A DNA stretch of 26,795 nt, taken from positions 1 to 26,795 of the forward strand of contig CACZPV010000079.1 of the NCBI GenBank assembly GCA_902783065.1, in the 5' to 3' direction. A program made the translations under genes and the position numbers. This document shows positions 9,053 through 17,390 of the stretch, piece after piece; the stretch's first letter is position 1; each line of letters opens with the position of its first letter. Origin of the DNA: an uncultured Ruminococcus sp. Its GTDB lineage: Bacteria; Bacillota; Clostridia; Oscillospirales; Acutalibacteraceae. The notes under the pieces were generated by a model. The model made no database searches, was not told where the DNA came from, and saw nothing but the letters and a program-made list of their open reading frames with translations.

Positions 9053-10567
9053 ATGGATACCACTATCATTAAGCCGAAAAGACAATCGTCTTTTAAGGTT
9101 AATCGTAAGGCAATTATTATTGTGATTTTACTTGTGATTATCGGTGCAGTAACAGCTTTGTTTATCATAGACTATAATAATCATGAATATTACGATCAGC
9201 AGATATCAGAAGCACAGGATTATCTGATTAATAAAAAATACGATAAGGCTTTGAAGTTATGCAGCAATGCAAAAGAAATATTTGAAACCGATGAGAGGTC
9301 GTATCTTGTGGAATCTGATGTATATCTGGCAAAAGGCGATAAGCAAAAAGCAAAAAGTGTTCTGGAAGAGGCTCTGAAAATAACAGATTCCAAAAATATC
9401 CGAAAAAAGTTGGATACTATTAAAACTGACATACAATATGATGAATATATCAGTACCGGAAAAGAACTTCATAAGAAAAATCAATTCCGTGAAGCAGTCA
9501 GCTATTTTAAAAGTGCTATCAGTATCAGACCTGATGATCCTCAGGCATATCTTCTGGCAGCAGAAAGCTATCTTCAGAATGGTGAAAAAGCATTTGCAAG
9601 GGATATTCTGAAAACCGGATTTGAACTGACAGCTTCAGATGAAATCAGAGGAAAAATGATTTCTATTGAACACGATCTTCAGTCTGCACAGCATCAAAAG
9701 GATACACAGGAACAAGCAGAAAAAGAAGCAAAAGAAGCTAAAAGAAAAGCAGATGAAGAAAAACGGATGAAGGCTGAAGCTGAGGCAAAAGCAAAAGCAG
9801 AAGCCGAAGCAAGAAAAAAAGCAGAAAAAGCTGCAAAAAACACTGAATGGAAAGAAGCTTACAAACAAGTACTGCTGAATTATCTGGATAAGAAAACAAA
9901 TCCTAAGTATGAGAATCCATATATCCGTGAATTGGATGAGTTCAGTGATAATTCGGATAGTTCTGACAGATCTGACAGCGAAAAAAGTGATGAGGAAGAA
10001 GAAAGTGAGGAGGAATCTTCACAGGAGTCTTCTGAAGAAGAATCCTCAGAGGAACATGAAAGCAGCGGGGAAAGCAGTGAAAGCTCCGGTTCTGAAAAGA
10101 AAAAGAAGAATGATTTTTCTTTCGAACTTGTCGATATAGATGCTGATGGTGTTCCGGAATTGTTTGTATCCGATGCAAATACTGATACAGCGGAAAACGA
10201 ATGTTATACTTTTGCAAACGGTGCGGCTATTCCTATTGACAATAATTCTTATATCGGAAAAATTACCTATTGTAAGGATGAAAAATTCGTCAGGGTAACA
10301 GCAATCGATAACGGAATCCGTCATATCGATATTTATAAGAAAAACGGCATTAATATGGATAAATACATATCCTTCTTTGATAATTATGCTGCTGATCGCT
10401 ATACAACAGGACCGAAAGAAGCAAGTATTAATGGTAAGAAGACCGATGAATATTCTTACAATACGGAACTGAGAAAATATAATTCCTATGTATGGACAGA
10501 CATTGGCAGAAAATATAAGCTTGAAGAAAATAATCTTGAAAAAGGTATTGATGCCTGGCATCTGTAA
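9053..10567 (+). CDS. Membrane-anchored TPR-repeat protein with A/E/K-rich linker, acidic Ser/Glu tract and a DxDxDG-containing C-terminal domain
   Basis: Basic N-terminus, hydrophobic helix aa 20-39, two blocks of TPR-like helices (YDKALKLCSNAKEIF..; FREAVSYFKSAISIRPDDPQAYLLAAESY), KAEAEAKAKAEAEARKKAEK linker, EEEESEEESSQESSEEESSEE tract, LVDIDADGVPELFV motif. Confidence 0.75.
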   Translation: MDTTIIKPKRQSSFKVNRKAIIIVILLVIIGAVTALFIIDYNNHEYYDQQISEAQDYLINKKYDKALKLCSNAKEIFETDERSYLVESDVYLAKGDKQKAKSVLEEALKITDSKNIRKKLDTIKTDIQYDEYISTGKELHKKNQFREAVSYFKSAISIRPDDPQAYLLAAESYLQNGEKAFARDILKTGFELTASDEIRGKMISIEHDLQSAQHQKDTQEQAEKEAKEAKRKADEEKRMKAEAEAKAKAEAEARKKAEKAAKNTEWKEAYKQVLLNYLDKKTNPKYENPYIRELDEFSDNSDSSDRSDSEKSDEEEESEEESSQESSEEESSEEHESSGESSESSGSEKKKKNDFSFELVDIDADGVPELFVSDANTDTAENECYTFANGAAIPIDNNSYIGKITYCKDEKFVRVTAIDNGIRHIDIYKKNGINMDKYISFFDNYAADRYTTGPKEASINGKKTDEYSYNTELRKYNSYVWTDIGRKYKLEENNLEKGIDAWHL

Positions 10568-10616
10568 ATTCGTGATGCTGTAGGTGTATCTGATTATGGT
10601 GAAAGGACGGTTTTTT

Positions 10617-11627
10617 ATGACAATTCTTGTAACAGGCGGTGCGGGCTATATTGGAAGTCATACCTGCGTTGAATTACTTAATGCAGGGTATGAAGTAGTA
10701 GTAGTCGATAATTATTATAACAGTGTACCTGAGGTGCTGAACAGGGTAGAAAAGATTAGCGGAAAAACACTTAAACGCTATGATTGTGATATCCGTGACA
10801 AAGAAGGTCTGGAAAAGGTATTTACCGAAAATAAAATTGATGCGGTAATTCATTTTGCAGGATTGAAAGCGGTAGGAGAATCTACAAAACTGCCTCTTTT
10901 ATATTATGAAAATAATATTTCCGGCAGTGTTGTACTTTTTGAGGTTATGAGCAGCTTTGATTGTAAGAAAATCGTATTCAGTTCTTCTGCGACAGTTTAT
11001 GGAAATAACCCGATACCGTACAAAGAAGATATGATTACAGGAGATGTCAGCAGTCCTTACGGACGTACAAAGCATTTTATTGAACAGATTTTGAGTGATG
11101 TTTATCGTTCGGATAATGATTGGAGTATTTCATTGCTGAGATATTTTAATCCTATCGGTGCCCATGAAAGCGGTTTGATAGGAGAGGATCCGAATGGTAT
11201 TCCAAATAATTTGATGCCATATATTTCAAGAGTGGCTATTGGAAAACTGGAAAAACTGACTGTTTTTGGCGGAGATTACGAAACAAAAGACGGTACATGT
11301 ATCCGTGATTATATCCATGTTGTGGATCTGGCAAAGGCTCATCTTTGTGCAGTTTCCAAGATTCTTGAAACAACGGGTATAGAAGCTTATAATATTGGTA
11401 ACGGAAAAGGCTACAGTGTTCTGGATATCATACATGCATTTGAAAAAGCAAGCGGAAAAAAACTGAATTATGTTATAGGTGAAAGACGGGAGGGTGATCT
11501 TCCGGCATTTTATGCAGATGCGTCAAAAGCTAATCATGAACTTGGATGGAAAGCTCAGTACGATATTGATAAGATGTGTGAGGATACATGGAATTTTCAG
11601 ACAAGAAACCCTGACGGTATCAAGTAA
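10617..11627 (+). CDS. galE: UDP-glucose 4-epimerase
   Basis: TGGAGYIGSH Rossmann motif, HFAGLKAVGES, FSSSATVYG, catalytic YGRTK, LRYFNPIGAH, NNLMPY, RDYIHV. ATG 10617 follows AAAGGA. Confidence 0.97.
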   Translation: MTILVTGGAGYIGSHTCVELLNAGYEVVVVDNYYNSVPEVLNRVEKISGKTLKRYDCDIRDKEGLEKVFTENKIDAVIHFAGLKAVGESTKLPLLYYENNISGSVVLFEVMSSFDCKKIVFSSSATVYGNNPIPYKEDMITGDVSSPYGRTKHFIEQILSDVYRSDNDWSISLLRYFNPIGAHESGLIGEDPNGIPNNLMPYISRVAIGKLEKLTVFGGDYETKDGTCIRDYIHVVDLAKAHLCAVSKILETTGIEAYNIGNGKGYSVLDIIHAFEKASGKKLNYVIGERREGDLPAFYADASKANHELGWKAQYDIDKMCEDTWNFQTRNPDGIK

Positions 11628-11645
11628 TAAAAAAACAAGAATTAT

Positions 11646-11688
11646 TTCCCACATATGGACATTCTGTTTGTGTGTGGGATGTTTTTTT
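11646..11688 (+). terminator. Intrinsic terminator after galE
   Basis: Stem TCCCACATATGGACA-ttc-TGTTTGTGTGTGGGA (with G-U pairs) followed by GTTTTTTT. Confidence 0.75.
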
Positions 11689-11796
11689 CTGAATCTATGA
11701 AAATCGGTATTTATGAACAGTAAAAATGTAGTCATAATGCGGAGTTTGATTTATTGTTTTGTATTTAAAAATCACAGGACAGACGTGCTTATTTTA

Positions 11797-11830
11797 CCCA
11801 TCACCTAACCCCTCACTAGTGGGAAGGGGA
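11797..11830. repeat. Single degenerate REP-like palindromic element
   Basis: CCCATCACCTAACCCCTCACTAGTGGGAAGGGGA, a GC-rich island in AT-rich intergenic DNA. It resembles CCCTCACCCTAACCCTCTCCC-N4-GGGAGAGGG type extragenic palindromes (recalled from memory). Only one copy in the window. Confidence 0.35.
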
Positions 11831-11950
11831 ATTGTTGCACAAGAGGATAAGATTAACACGTAGGGAATTTCCTCATCATAATTCATGGAGCCGATTTTAC
11901 GGATTCAGTACTCTGTTAAAATAAATGAGTAAACACTTTTTTACAATTTG

Positions 11951-11979
11951 TTGATAATTTGTTCAGTATGTTGTATAAT
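11951..11979 (+). promoter_or_regulatory. Sigma-A type promoter for block A
   Basis: TTGATA (11951-11956), 17-bp spacer, TATAAT (11974-11979). Confidence 0.7.
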
Positions 11980-12068
11980 AGAATTGATTTTAATTGTCAG
12001 GTATGAAATAATAAACATGGATTTATGATTGATCGCTCTTTCTGGAGCAGACTTAAACTAAGTTTGAT

Positions 12069-13760
12069 TTGTGGGATGATGAGATGATAAACGAAAAAGC
12101 AGAAATATTATCTTTATTTCAACTGAATGATGAGGAAAAACAAAAACTCCGTAAAAAATTTTTTAATATTGATCCTGCTGTATGCGTATGCAGTGATTTT
12201 ACAGCTTTGCTTCATTCTGATGGAACGGTTGAAGTGAATGGAAAAACAGAATTTAATGAACAAAAGGATGAATGGTATAGTATAACAAAAATATGCGGAG
12301 GCAACGGTCATATAATCGGACTGCGTTCAGACGGAACGGTTGTTGCTTTTGGTGATAACAGCTGTGGTCAGTGTAATGTGAGTGACTGGAATAATATTAA
12401 GGATATTTTTGCAAATCACTATTATAGTGCTGCTGTAACAGATAAGGAGCAGCTTCTTCTGACCGGCAGAATGGATTTCGGAAGTTTTACGGAAGAAGAT
12501 TTGGAAGATAAGATTAACACTGCTTTCAGTGCCTGCGATAATAATAACGAGGTGCGTTTTTCCGAGGTTTTTGCTTTGGTAGAAGGATTGAAAAACTATG
12601 TTGGAGAGCATATCAAGAAACAAGATGATGCAGCGACAAAGGAAGAACTTAAAAAGGAGCTTCGTAAAGAATTGCTGCAGGAACTGAAGAAGAAAGAAAC
12701 TGATCTGGAACAGATTAAAAAGGATCTTAAAAAGGAAATTCTGATTGAACTGCGTACGGAAATCCGCTCGGTTATACCTGCATCTAACAAAGCAGCTTCC
12801 GGCAGAACTGTTAATGCAGAAAAACAATGTATGAAATGCATGAAAATGTATAAGGGCGGAAAATTTTGTCCTTATTGCGGTTTTGACAGTAACAGTCATC
12901 AGGATAGTCCATTGCTTCCGCTCGGACGTATGATAAAAAACGGAAAATATATAATTGGTGCTAAAATATCACAGAATCATGAAGGCGTAAAATATGCAGG
13001 CTACAGCACAGATTTGAAATCAAAAGTGGTGATTCATGAGTTTTTGCCTCTGGAATTATGTACAAGAGCGGTTCAGAGTGAGTATGTTACGGTCAAAAGC
13101 GGTTCGGATAAAAAATTTGCGGAACTGAGAGAAAAATTTCTGAAATACTATTATGCTATTTCTTCTGCTTCTAAAGGACATGCATATGCAAAAATACATG
13201 ATGTATTTTCTGATGGAGGTACATCCTATATTGTTGAAGAATTTGTTGACGGAGCAACTTTAAAGGATTATGTTTTACGCAAGGGCAGAGGATTGGATTG
13301 GAATACTGTCAGCAGACAGTTTCGCCCTATAGCAGCATTGCTGGCAGATGTACATGCAAAGGGTGAAGGTCATTATGCTGTATCACCTGATCATATTATT
13401 GTCTGCTCGAACGGAGAATTCAGGCTGGTAGGTTTTGCAGTGGAGGATGTCAGACACATTGGAGGTCTTATCAGTGCAGATCTTGTAAAGGGATGCAGTG
13501 CTATTGAACAGTATGATGCCAGAGCCAGACTGGATGAAACAACAGATATATATGGTTTTACAGCTTCTGTATGCTATGCCCTTACAGGAATACTGATAGA
13601 AGATGCCAATACCAGAAAAGAACGCAGTGCTATCTCTATTCCCGCAGCAGTTTTTAATACACTGCCTAAAACAGCGGTAGATCTGATTAAAGGCGGATTG
13701 TGGGTATCTCAGGCATCAAGAATAAGAACCTTTAAGTATATCCTGAATTATATAATCTGA
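12069..13760 (+). CDS. RCC1-like repeats + coiled coil + Zn ribbon + Ser/Thr pseudokinase domain protein
   Basis: About 2.5 RCC1/BLIP-II-like repeats (TALLHSDGTV, IIGLRSDGTVVAFGDNSCGQCNVSDW), ELKKELRKELLQEL segment, CMKC-x9-CPYC, and a Hanks-kinase fold with catalytic motifs replaced (SQNHEG, VVIH, HYAVSPDHI, LVGF) but TDIYG kept. Start is TTG 12069 or ATG 12084. Confidence 0.8.
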   Translation: MWDDEMINEKAEILSLFQLNDEEKQKLRKKFFNIDPAVCVCSDFTALLHSDGTVEVNGKTEFNEQKDEWYSITKICGGNGHIIGLRSDGTVVAFGDNSCGQCNVSDWNNIKDIFANHYYSAAVTDKEQLLLTGRMDFGSFTEEDLEDKINTAFSACDNNNEVRFSEVFALVEGLKNYVGEHIKKQDDAATKEELKKELRKELLQELKKKETDLEQIKKDLKKEILIELRTEIRSVIPASNKAASGRTVNAEKQCMKCMKMYKGGKFCPYCGFDSNSHQDSPLLPLGRMIKNGKYIIGAKISQNHEGVKYAGYSTDLKSKVVIHEFLPLELCTRAVQSEYVTVKSGSDKKFAELREKFLKYYYAISSASKGHAYAKIHDVFSDGGTSYIVEEFVDGATLKDYVLRKGRGLDWNTVSRQFRPIAALLADVHAKGEGHYAVSPDHIIVCSNGEFRLVGFAVEDVRHIGGLISADLVKGCSAIEQYDARARLDETTDIYGFTASVCYALTGILIEDANTRKERSAISIPAAVFNTLPKTAVDLIKGGLWVSQASRIRTFKYILNYII

Positions 13761-13959
13761 TTAACAAATCAATTATTTTATATACTGCCTGAATCTGTGA
13801 AATCCGGCAGGTCTTTTATAATCCATTATCCCTTGGAACTGCACTCCTTGGAATGACAATGGCAATCATTAATGACGTTTACTATAAAAATTGTCTTGGT
13901 ATGTGTATTATCATGCCAATGATGAGAAGTTTTACAAAGAACGGAAAGCAGGTGAACAA

Positions 13960-15657
13960 ATGCAGATGTTTGATGCCGCAAAGGGATTATTCCATTTATT
14001 TTTTTCAAATGATGATGATAAGTTTTATACTGACAGCTATGTAAGAACTGATTTGACGTTTCATTTATATGATCGTCTGACGGCAATGAATTATGAGTAT
14101 ATTTATGCTCTGTCGGGAGAAGGTTATTATAATTGCATATTTACATCGCTTGATAATATCAGTGCTGAGGCACTGGAAGACAGGAGCAGTCAGGGCAGAC
14201 TGATCGGATCGCTTTTCGGCAGCAAAAGACAAGCTGCCGAAAATTCTTCCCGTTTTCAGGAAAGACAAAGAAGCGGTAAGAAAACAATTCATCTGGATGA
14301 AATGAACTTCGAGGAAAATTTTAAAAATCTGATTGCTATGATGAAGCGTAAAAGCAAGGCAGCAGTGATTATTCCGATTGGTATTTTTAATTCACTTTGT
14401 CGTTTTCCCGAAATCATTGATGAACTGGAACGGATCAACGCTAAGAATTATCAGGATAATAACAGACATATTTTTGTTATTACTTCTTCTATGTATGCGG
14501 GGGAAAGTATTCGCTTTTTTAAGCCCAATGCTGAAACAGCATTGGAAGGCAATTTGTTTAATAACAGCGGTTTATTTCCCGAATTAGAAGCTTATTATCA
14601 TGATTATTATGATGCTTCCATGAATTTTTATATATACGATAATCTGAAACGACTGATGGGGGATAAGATTATTTTTTATAATTCCCTGAGTTTTGAACAT
14701 ATCCGAAGAATGGTAACAAGATATGCTATACATACCGGATATATGAAAGAAATGAGTATTAATAGTATTAATGCTCTTACAGGTGTGATTTACGCATATT
14801 ATCAATCCGCTGAATACCGAAAGGAGCATCATCTATCATTTCCTGAAAATCCTAAAAGATCACTTTCTGTGGTGGAAACGGCATTGAGAAATGACCGAAG
14901 TTTGCGGGAAGCTGCAGCTGAAGCAGCAAAAGATCTGCAATCACGCAGTGACATTTATAAATATATTTGCAGCGTATATCCGGATTGTGTGGACAGTGAA
15001 AATGGAATATATATGATAGGCGGCAGCAGCTACGGTGAGGACCTTGGAAAACTTATAGCTATCAAAAAAATATGTATGGGAAGATACGGAGAATGTCCTG
15101 CAGAATTAGACCGGGCAATAAATATGATGTCCAAACCGTGTATTGATACAGCTGTAAGTTTCAGTGCAGCAAATTTCAGAGAGAAAGTTATTGATATTGT
15201 TCATAAGAATATAGTAAATGAATTAACTGATTATGTGGATCTTGATTTGATTCAGTTTATGCTGAAAGCACTGAATTATTATTTTGATTATTTTCAGACA
15301 TCCTCTGTGTTGAAGGGGGATGCAGTAACAGCAAAGGATCTGAGCTTTGATTTTTATAAAAATATTATGCACCTTGCGGAAAGATTGTCAAATGCCCGTA
15401 AATCAAAACAGGAATTAAATGATAAACTGCTTTTGATGGAAGAACAAAATGATATGCAGGGAATAGAAAGCACCAGAGGTTATCTTGAACAGACAGAAGC
15501 AATGATACAAAATCTGGAACGAACCATAGAAAATGCAGAAAATATACTGTCTTCTCCGTTATCGGAAGCAAATGCAAGATCTGTGATCAGCGGCATGAAA
15601 TATGAAACTCAGAATCTGAAAAAGATAGATAACCCGTCAAACAGAATTTATAATTAA
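13960..15657 (+). CDS. Hypothetical protein (alpha/beta N-terminal domain, possibly a degenerate AAA+-like fold; C-terminal coiled coil)
   Basis: Long ORF with typical codon use. ATG 13960 follows AGGTGA (ORF-track start 13891). No Walker A and no TM helix. Confidence 0.7.
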   Translation: MQMFDAAKGLFHLFFSNDDDKFYTDSYVRTDLTFHLYDRLTAMNYEYIYALSGEGYYNCIFTSLDNISAEALEDRSSQGRLIGSLFGSKRQAAENSSRFQERQRSGKKTIHLDEMNFEENFKNLIAMMKRKSKAAVIIPIGIFNSLCRFPEIIDELERINAKNYQDNNRHIFVITSSMYAGESIRFFKPNAETALEGNLFNNSGLFPELEAYYHDYYDASMNFYIYDNLKRLMGDKIIFYNSLSFEHIRRMVTRYAIHTGYMKEMSINSINALTGVIYAYYQSAEYRKEHHLSFPENPKRSLSVVETALRNDRSLREAAAEAAKDLQSRSDIYKYICSVYPDCVDSENGIYMIGGSSYGEDLGKLIAIKKICMGRYGECPAELDRAINMMSKPCIDTAVSFSAANFREKVIDIVHKNIVNELTDYVDLDLIQFMLKALNYYFDYFQTSSVLKGDAVTAKDLSFDFYKNIMHLAERLSNARKSKQELNDKLLLMEEQNDMQGIESTRGYLEQTEAMIQNLERTIENAENILSSPLSEANARSVISGMKYETQNLKKIDNPSNRIYN

Positions 15658-15731
15658 TGGGAAACCTTTTTTACGCTGATTTTATGTTATAAGCGGAGTA
15701 AACAGGAGAAATAGTTACGAGGAGAATAGCA

Positions 15732-17390
15732 ATGGTAAATTTAGGAATAGACTTCGGCAGTACCTACACGCTGATCTCTCATTACCGGAACGACAGAAAT
15801 ACACCTGAGGCAATCAGCCTTGATAATATCAGTCCATATATTCCTTCTGTCGTTTCCTATAATAAACGAAGAAATGAATACAAGATTGGCAAGGCTGCTA
15901 AGAATCTTACAGGAAATAAAAATATCATTATATACAAGGCTTTTAAGATGCTTTTGAATGAACAGATGAATGAAGAAAACCTACGGGAAAGATATTATGA
16001 CGAAGTAAATACGCCTGAAAAAATAGCTTCTCTGTTTCTTGAAAAGGTACTGAAAAGTGCGCTGTCAAAAATCGGTGAGGACAGGATCGGTAAACTTGTG
16101 GTTGGTGTTCCGGAAGTATGGGGACAAAGCTTCAATACCTTTGACGGACGTGCTGTACTGCATCAGATATGCAGTTCGTTTGATTTTGTTGAAGAAGCAG
16201 TTGTTGTCAGTGAACCTGCCTGTGCAAGTGCTTTTTTTGCGTATAATTATAAACTGATCCGTAAGGAAAATTTTGACGGAAAAGTACTGTTAATCGATTA
16301 CGGCGGAGGTACGCTGGATATTACACTTACAAAGGTATCTTCCAATGGTGATACTATGGAGGTTAAAGTTGAAAAGCGTGATGGTGCCGGAGAAAATACC
16401 GACAGGGAAATAGGCAACGCAGGTATTAAATATATGGAAAAGGTTACTGAGAGGGCAATACTGGACAGTGAAGCTTTTTCTGATCTGGAAACAGTTGAAT
16501 ATGACGGCGATTTTATGAAGGCTGTTGATGAACTTGAAGAAGTACTTATGAGTGATGCGGAAACTGTCGAGGATACTTTCAGAGAACTGGAATATACACC
16601 GGATGCGCTGGCGGATGAAGAATTGATTGAGCTTTTTTATAAAGGCGAAAGTGTAATTGTTACATACCGCCATCTAAACGATATTTATAATGAGTTTATT
16701 TATGGTGTGTTGAAAGAAAAGCTGGAAAATGTAACCGCAGATACCAATACGTATGAGGATAACTTTAAGATAGGAATTGTGGGAGGATTCGGAAATTTCT
16801 ATCTTGTAAAAAAGCAGATAAACGATATGTTTGAAATCAGTTCCAAAGATGAACGTACAGAGGGTATTATAGTTAACAGTGAGGATAGGGAAAGAGCAAT
16901 TTCTCTTGGTGCTTCACTGCTGGCGGATGAATTAATTACAATCAGAAAGACGGCTAATTTTTCGATCGGTATTTATGCTTTTCGTTCGCACAATGTTGTT
17001 GCCAAACACTATGCAATCAAATACAGACAGGATCTGGAGTATGACAAGATATATTACACTCTTGATGCAAAGGGAAACGATGTGCCGTATTTTACACCAT
17101 CAGGCAGGTTGGATAAATTTCTGGTGAATTTCAGCGATAACGAGGAACTTGCTTTTGGTGCAAATCCGAGAGCAGAATTAGCAGAAAAACTGAAAAATGT
17201 TGTGAATAATCAGTATATGATTGCAGCAGTCGGATTTTCGGTGGATGCTACTGATTCGATAACCATTCATGTGTCTGATTATGACTGGGAAACAGGACAA
17301 AGAAGCGAACATCCGGTAAAAAGTATTAAACTTTCTACCATCAAGACGATGTTTGATGTAGTAGCACTCAATTCAAGAGGTGACAGCTGA
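15732..17390 (+). CDS. Hsp70-family (actin-like ATPase) protein, non-canonical; not the housekeeping DnaK
   Basis: LGIDFGSTYT (phosphate 1), AFKMLL (DnaK K70 equivalent), VSEPACA (E171 equivalent), IDYGGGTLD (phosphate 2), VGGFGNF (adenosine), ISLGASLLA (connect 2). Short divergent C-terminus; SD GGAG at 15721. Confidence 0.88.
   Translation: MVNLGIDFGSTYTLISHYRNDRNTPEAISLDNISPYIPSVVSYNKRRNEYKIGKAAKNLTGNKNIIIYKAFKMLLNEQMNEENLRERYYDEVNTPEKIASLFLEKVLKSALSKIGEDRIGKLVVGVPEVWGQSFNTFDGRAVLHQICSSFDFVEEAVVVSEPACASAFFAYNYKLIRKENFDGKVLLIDYGGGTLDITLTKVSSNGDTMEVKVEKRDGAGENTDREIGNAGIKYMEKVTERAILDSEAFSDLETVEYDGDFMKAVDELEEVLMSDAETVEDTFRELEYTPDALADEELIELFYKGESVIVTYRHLNDIYNEFIYGVLKEKLENVTADTNTYEDNFKIGIVGGFGNFYLVKKQINDMFEISSKDERTEGIIVNSEDRERAISLGASLLADELITIRKTANFSIGIYAFRSHNVVAKHYAIKYRQDLEYDKIYYTLDAKGNDVPYFTPSGRLDKFLVNFSDNEELAFGANPRAELAEKLKNVVNNQYMIAAVGFSVDATDSITIHVSDYDWETGQRSEHPVKSIKLSTIKTMFDVVALNSRGDS

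Noticed and set aside
13831-13853. Direct repeat CCTTGGAA x2 (15-nt period)
   Set aside because: Only two 8-mers with no supporting context.
13700-13960. Frameshift or premature stop removing a TM-PASTA tail from the pseudokinase
   Set aside because: The kinase domain ends at its normal C-terminal position, and the downstream DNA is AT-rich spacer with a hairpin; no TM-coding frame continues.
15732-17390. Labelling the Hsp70-like gene dnaK
   Set aside because: Motifs are divergent, the lid is missing, and there is no hrcA-grpE-dnaJ context; it is a paralogous Hsp70-family protein.
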